34,203 bases of DNA from Burkholderiales bacterium (GTDB taxonomy: Bacteria; Pseudomonadota; Gammaproteobacteria; Burkholderiales; Burkholderiaceae_C), in the NCBI GenBank assembly GCA_031427655.1, contig JANPNT010000403.1, positions 1 through 34,203 of the forward strand, given 5' to 3'. The translations under genes were made by a program, and so were the position numbers. Below the pieces are notes generated by a model. It was not told the DNA's origin and ran no database searches. It saw nothing but the letters and a program-made list of their open reading frames with translations. This document shows, piece by piece, positions 31,246 to 34,203 of the stretch (positions are counted from its first letter, which is position 1; the number at the start of each line of letters is the position of its first letter).

Positions 31246-32909
31246 GATGTGGCTTTTGCGATGGCGGCCTTCACTGCTGCTTGCGAGGGGGCTCGCCAAC
31301 GCGCGCAAACGTGTTGGTCGGGGCGCAGCAAATAGGCCGTACCGGGGCGCGCATCGTAGCGCTGCGCGGCGTGACCAGACGTGTCTATGCCGGCGTCCAA
31401 GACAAGCACTTTCAATTTCAATTCGGCGGCCCAAGACGGTGCCGATCCGAACACCACCAACAAACTGAAATCGGCTCCCAATTCGCGCAGCAGCCAGGTG
31501 TTGCAACCGTCGCACACCAAGGGCGCGTCCAAGGCCGGTGCGCCGGGCACCATCAAGCCGCTGAACTCATCCACGTCGGCCGTGTTCAGGGCAGACCCAT
31601 GCAAAGTAGAAGGCACCGACAAACGCCCGCTGTTGACCACGCACCGCGCAAAAGGATGCTTGCGCGACAAGGCCAATACCGCGTCTCGAAACAGCGCGCT
31701 CACCTCGCTTTTGGGCGTGATGAAGTCGGTGGCTCGGGTGCTGTTCAAAATGTTCTCGTCGGCGGCGTATTCGCGCTCGAAGGCGTAGCTGTCGAGCAAG
31801 GCCTCGGGCGATTCGCCTTGCACCACACGCGCCAGCTTCCAGCCCAAGTTGTCGGCGTCTTGCACGCCCGAATTGGCACCGCGCGCACCAAAAGGCGACA
31901 CGCCGTGCGCGGCGTCACCGGCAAACAGAACCCGGTCATGCCGAAAGCTTTGCATGCGCTGGCAGGCAAAGGTGTACACACTGGCCCAGCCGATGGTGAA
32001 GCCCATATCGGCCGCGCCAATGCTGTCAAGCAGCGCACGCACACGCGGCGCAATGCGCTCGGGCTGCTTCTCGGCCTCGGGGTCGGCGTCCCAACCCAAC
32101 TGAAAGTCAATGCGCCACATGCTGTCGGCTTGCTTGTGCAACAACACGCTTTGCTTGGGGTGGAACGGCGGGTCAAACCAGAAGCGGCGCTCATCTCGCA
32201 AGGCCACGTCCATGCGCACATCGGCGATCAAAAAGCGGTCGCGGAACACACGGCCTTCGGTTTCCAAACCCATCATGGCGCGCAGCGGTGAACGCGATCC
32301 GTCGCAGGCCACCATGTAGGCGGCGTGTACTTGGTAAGCGCCGTCGGGCGTGCTGATGCTGAGCTCGGTGTGATCGGCCTGCTGAACCAACCCGGTGACG
32401 GTGTTGCACCAGCGGATGTCAATGAGCGGCAGCTCCAGCGCGCGCTCAATCAGGTAGCCCTCAACGTAGTACTGCTGCAAATTGATGAACGCGGGGCGGG
32501 CTTGTGTGGGCTCGCTTTGAGTCGCTGCTTCGGGTGTAGCTTCGGGTGTAGCTTCGGGCAAGAGATTGAAGCTGTAAACCGGCTCGTCCTTGAAGTACAC
32601 GCGCCCCACATTCCACGACACTCCCTTGCGCACCATGCGCTCGCCGGGCCCCAGACGGTCAAAAATCTCCAAGGTGCGTTTGGCAAAACAAATGGCGCGT
32701 GAGCCGCTGGACAACTTGTGGTCGTTGTCGAGCAGCAGCACTTTCACGCCGCGCTGCGCCATGTCGATGGCCAAACTCAAACCCACCGGGCCTGCCCCGA
32801 CGATGACCACAGGATGGTGCGCGGGCGTGGCAGCGGATTGGTCTGGCGACGCTTGGTAGGCGAACTCCAGCGCTTGGTAATTCACTGTCGATTCGTCTCT
32901 GGAGCCCAT
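31239..32909 (-). CDS. FAD-dependent aromatic-ring monooxygenase (MhpA/PheA-TfdB-like hydroxylase)
   Basis: Within ORF 31239..32963; ATG 32909-32907 follows GAAGG. Dinucleotide fold VVIVGAGPVGLSLAIDMAQRGVKVLLLD. DG motif ACDGSRSPLR. GD motif LFAGDAAHGVSPFGARGANSGVQDADNL. Contains a PEATPEATPEAAT low-complexity insert. Confidence 0.88.
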   Translation of the reverse strand: MGSRDESTVNYQALEFAYQASPDQSAATPAHHPVVIVGAGPVGLSLAIDMAQRGVKVLLLDNDHKLSSGSRAICFAKRTLEIFDRLGPGERMVRKGVSWNVGRVYFKDEPVYSFNLLPEATPEATPEAATQSEPTQARPAFINLQQYYVEGYLIERALELPLIDIRWCNTVTGLVQQADHTELSISTPDGAYQVHAAYMVACDGSRSPLRAMMGLETEGRVFRDRFLIADVRMDVALRDERRFWFDPPFHPKQSVLLHKQADSMWRIDFQLGWDADPEAEKQPERIAPRVRALLDSIGAADMGFTIGWASVYTFACQRMQSFRHDRVLFAGDAAHGVSPFGARGANSGVQDADNLGWKLARVVQGESPEALLDSYAFEREYAADENILNSTRATDFITPKSEVSALFRDAVLALSRKHPFARCVVNSGRLSVPSTLHGSALNTADVDEFSGLMVPGAPALDAPLVCDGCNTWLLRELGADFSLLVVFGSAPSWAAELKLKVLVLDAGIDTSGHAAQRYDARPGTAYLLRPDQHVCARWRAPSQAAVKAAIAKATSC

Positions 32910-32941
32910 GGTCCGTGCCCTTCTCTGTTGCTGCAAAGAAA

Positions 32942-33892
32942 TCAGGTCTCCAAAGCCAGCCACATGGCCTTGTCGCGCTCGGCCGTCCAGATGCGCGGGT
33001 CGGGGTGCTGCGTGGCTTCGTCCAAAGCGCGGGTCACATCAAACGGCATGCAGTGGTCGAAGATCACCCAGTTGCCGTACTTCGGTTTCATGGCAGCGTG
33101 GGTGTCTTTGTAGATGGCGTGCAGGTCTTTGCCGGCGGCCGCACCGGCTTTGACACTGGCATACAGGTCGCTCACAAAACTGCGCGTGCCTGCCAAACCG
33201 GCCTGCACCATGGCGGGCGTGGTGAGTGCTGCACCTCGGCCCGGCACCAGGGCTACGGGGTTCATGGCGGCGAGCTTGTCCAGCGTTTGCGGCCAGTCGC
33301 TGAAGTAGGCGTCACCGGCGTAAGGCGTGGCGTCAAACTCAACCAGGTCGCCGCTGAACAGAATTTTTTGCTGCGGCAACCACGCAATCGTGTCGCCCTT
33401 GGTGTGGCCTCGGCCCACCTGCATGAGCTTGACTTCCAAGCTGCCCAACCACAACGTCATTTCGCCTTTGAAAGTGATGGTCGGCCAAGTCAGGCCGGGG
33501 ATGGTTTCAACGGCTTGGAACAAACGCGGAAAGCGCTCGATTTCGCTTTTCATGTCCTGCGCGCCGCGCTCAACAATCAGATCGCGGGTGTCTTGGCTGG
33601 CAATGATGTGCTGCGCTTGGTAGGCCGACGCGCCCAGCACACGCACTGCGTGGTAGTGGCTCATCACCACGTATTTGATGGGCTTCTCGGTGACTTCGCG
33701 AATGCGCCGAATCACGTCTTGCGCCATCACCGGCGTGGCCTGGGTGTCGATCACCATCACCGCATCGTCACCAATGATGATGCCGGTGTTGGGGTCGCCC
33801 TCGGCGGTGTAGGCATAGGCGTTGTCAGACAGCTTGGTGAAGCTTATTTTCTTAGTCTGCAAGTCGGCTTGCGATGCGAAGGCTTTGCTCAT
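32942..33892 (-). CDS. MBL-fold metallo-hydrolase family protein
   Basis: 316 aa. NTGIIIGDDAVMVIDT...YVVMSHYHAVRVLG (variant of HxHxDH)...GRGHTKGD...SGDLVE. GGAG lies 8 nt before the ATG. Confidence 0.8.
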   Translation of the reverse strand: MSKAFASQADLQTKKISFTKLSDNAYAYTAEGDPNTGIIIGDDAVMVIDTQATPVMAQDVIRRIREVTEKPIKYVVMSHYHAVRVLGASAYQAQHIIASQDTRDLIVERGAQDMKSEIERFPRLFQAVETIPGLTWPTITFKGEMTLWLGSLEVKLMQVGRGHTKGDTIAWLPQQKILFSGDLVEFDATPYAGDAYFSDWPQTLDKLAAMNPVALVPGRGAALTTPAMVQAGLAGTRSFVSDLYASVKAGAAAGKDLHAIYKDTHAAMKPKYGNWVIFDHCMPFDVTRALDEATQHPDPRIWTAERDKAMWLALET

Positions 33893-34018
33893 GACGGGCT
33901 CCGAGGATGGAAAGAATTCAATCTGAACTGACGATTTTTCTTGGTAGGGCTTCGTGCCGCAGTTTAAAGTTGTTGTTCGTTAATGTCTAATTCGTTAAAC
34001 CAAGTGTAAACCCGAACC

Positions 34019-34203
34019 ATGACCTCATTACGCAAGCAGGTGCCCGTGAGGCCGTCCGTCAAGTCGCCATCCAAGTCGACTCAGCGCGGCATCCAGAGCG
34101 TCGAGGTCGGCGGACAGTTGCTGCTGGCGCTGGCGCATCACGGCAGACCCATGGCGTTGAAAGACCTGAGCGTGGCCGCCAGCATGGCGCCCGCCAAAGC
34201 GCA
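34019..34203 (+). CDS. IclR-family transcriptional regulator (5' partial, runs off the window)
   Basis: ATG 34019. MTSLRKQVPVRPSVKSPSKSTQRGIQSVEVGGQLLLALAHHGRPMALKDLSVAASMAPAKA is the characteristic IclR N-terminal wHTH (GIQSVE..G..LL.AL......L.DL). Divergent from the MBL/monooxygenase/hmgA operon. Confidence 0.75.
   Translation, partial: MTSLRKQVPVRPSVKSPSKSTQRGIQSVEVGGQLLLALAHHGRPMALKDLSVAASMAPAKA

Overview
High-GC (about 62-65%) chromosomal segment with the look of a betaproteobacterium (Burkholderiales/Comamonadaceae-like). There is no transposase, integrase or CRISPR array. Left third: the flagellar master operon flhDC (166-1233) and a motA-motB-cheY-cheZ operon (9487-12603, with a sigma-28-type promoter). 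They lie on the same strand but are separated by an 8 kb, five-ORF envelope-to-c-di-GMP signalling module. That module comprises a TonB-dependent-receptor-like outer-membrane protein, a small secreted ORF, a YfiR-family (DUF4154) periplasmic protein, a CHASE8 hybrid histidine kinase (HisKA-HATPase-REC-REC-Hpt) apparently split by a frameshift, and a REC-PAS-GGDEF-EAL response regulator. Middle: a DUF1841 protein, a nitroreductase/RutE-like protein, an orphan Cys-rich lipoprotein, a LuxR-type response regulator with a hybrid kinase, and an SDR. On the minus strand sit a DUF547 protein and a tightly overlapped operon (TVP38/TMEM64 membrane protein, ATP-grasp enzyme, YHS lipoprotein, patatin-like lipoprotein). 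Next comes about 1 kb with broken coding signal beside tRNA-Ser(UGA), then apaH and a CNNM/CorC-type transporter. Right third: aromatic catabolism. This includes pcaB, a PcaC-PcaD fusion in unusual domain order, and a convergent operon of MBL-fold protein, FAD monooxygenase, DUF2783 and hmgA, with the start of a divergent IclR regulator. Non-coding structure is conspicuous. Four minisatellites (23-30 bp, about 3 copies) sit exactly at gene boundaries, including inside the flhD-flhC and motA-motB junctions. There is also a REP-like dispersed motif at three loci and a roughly 100-bp dispersed repeat, one copy of which is a 153-bp MITE-like inverted-repeat element. All functional calls rest on reading the translations for family motifs; no database search was run.
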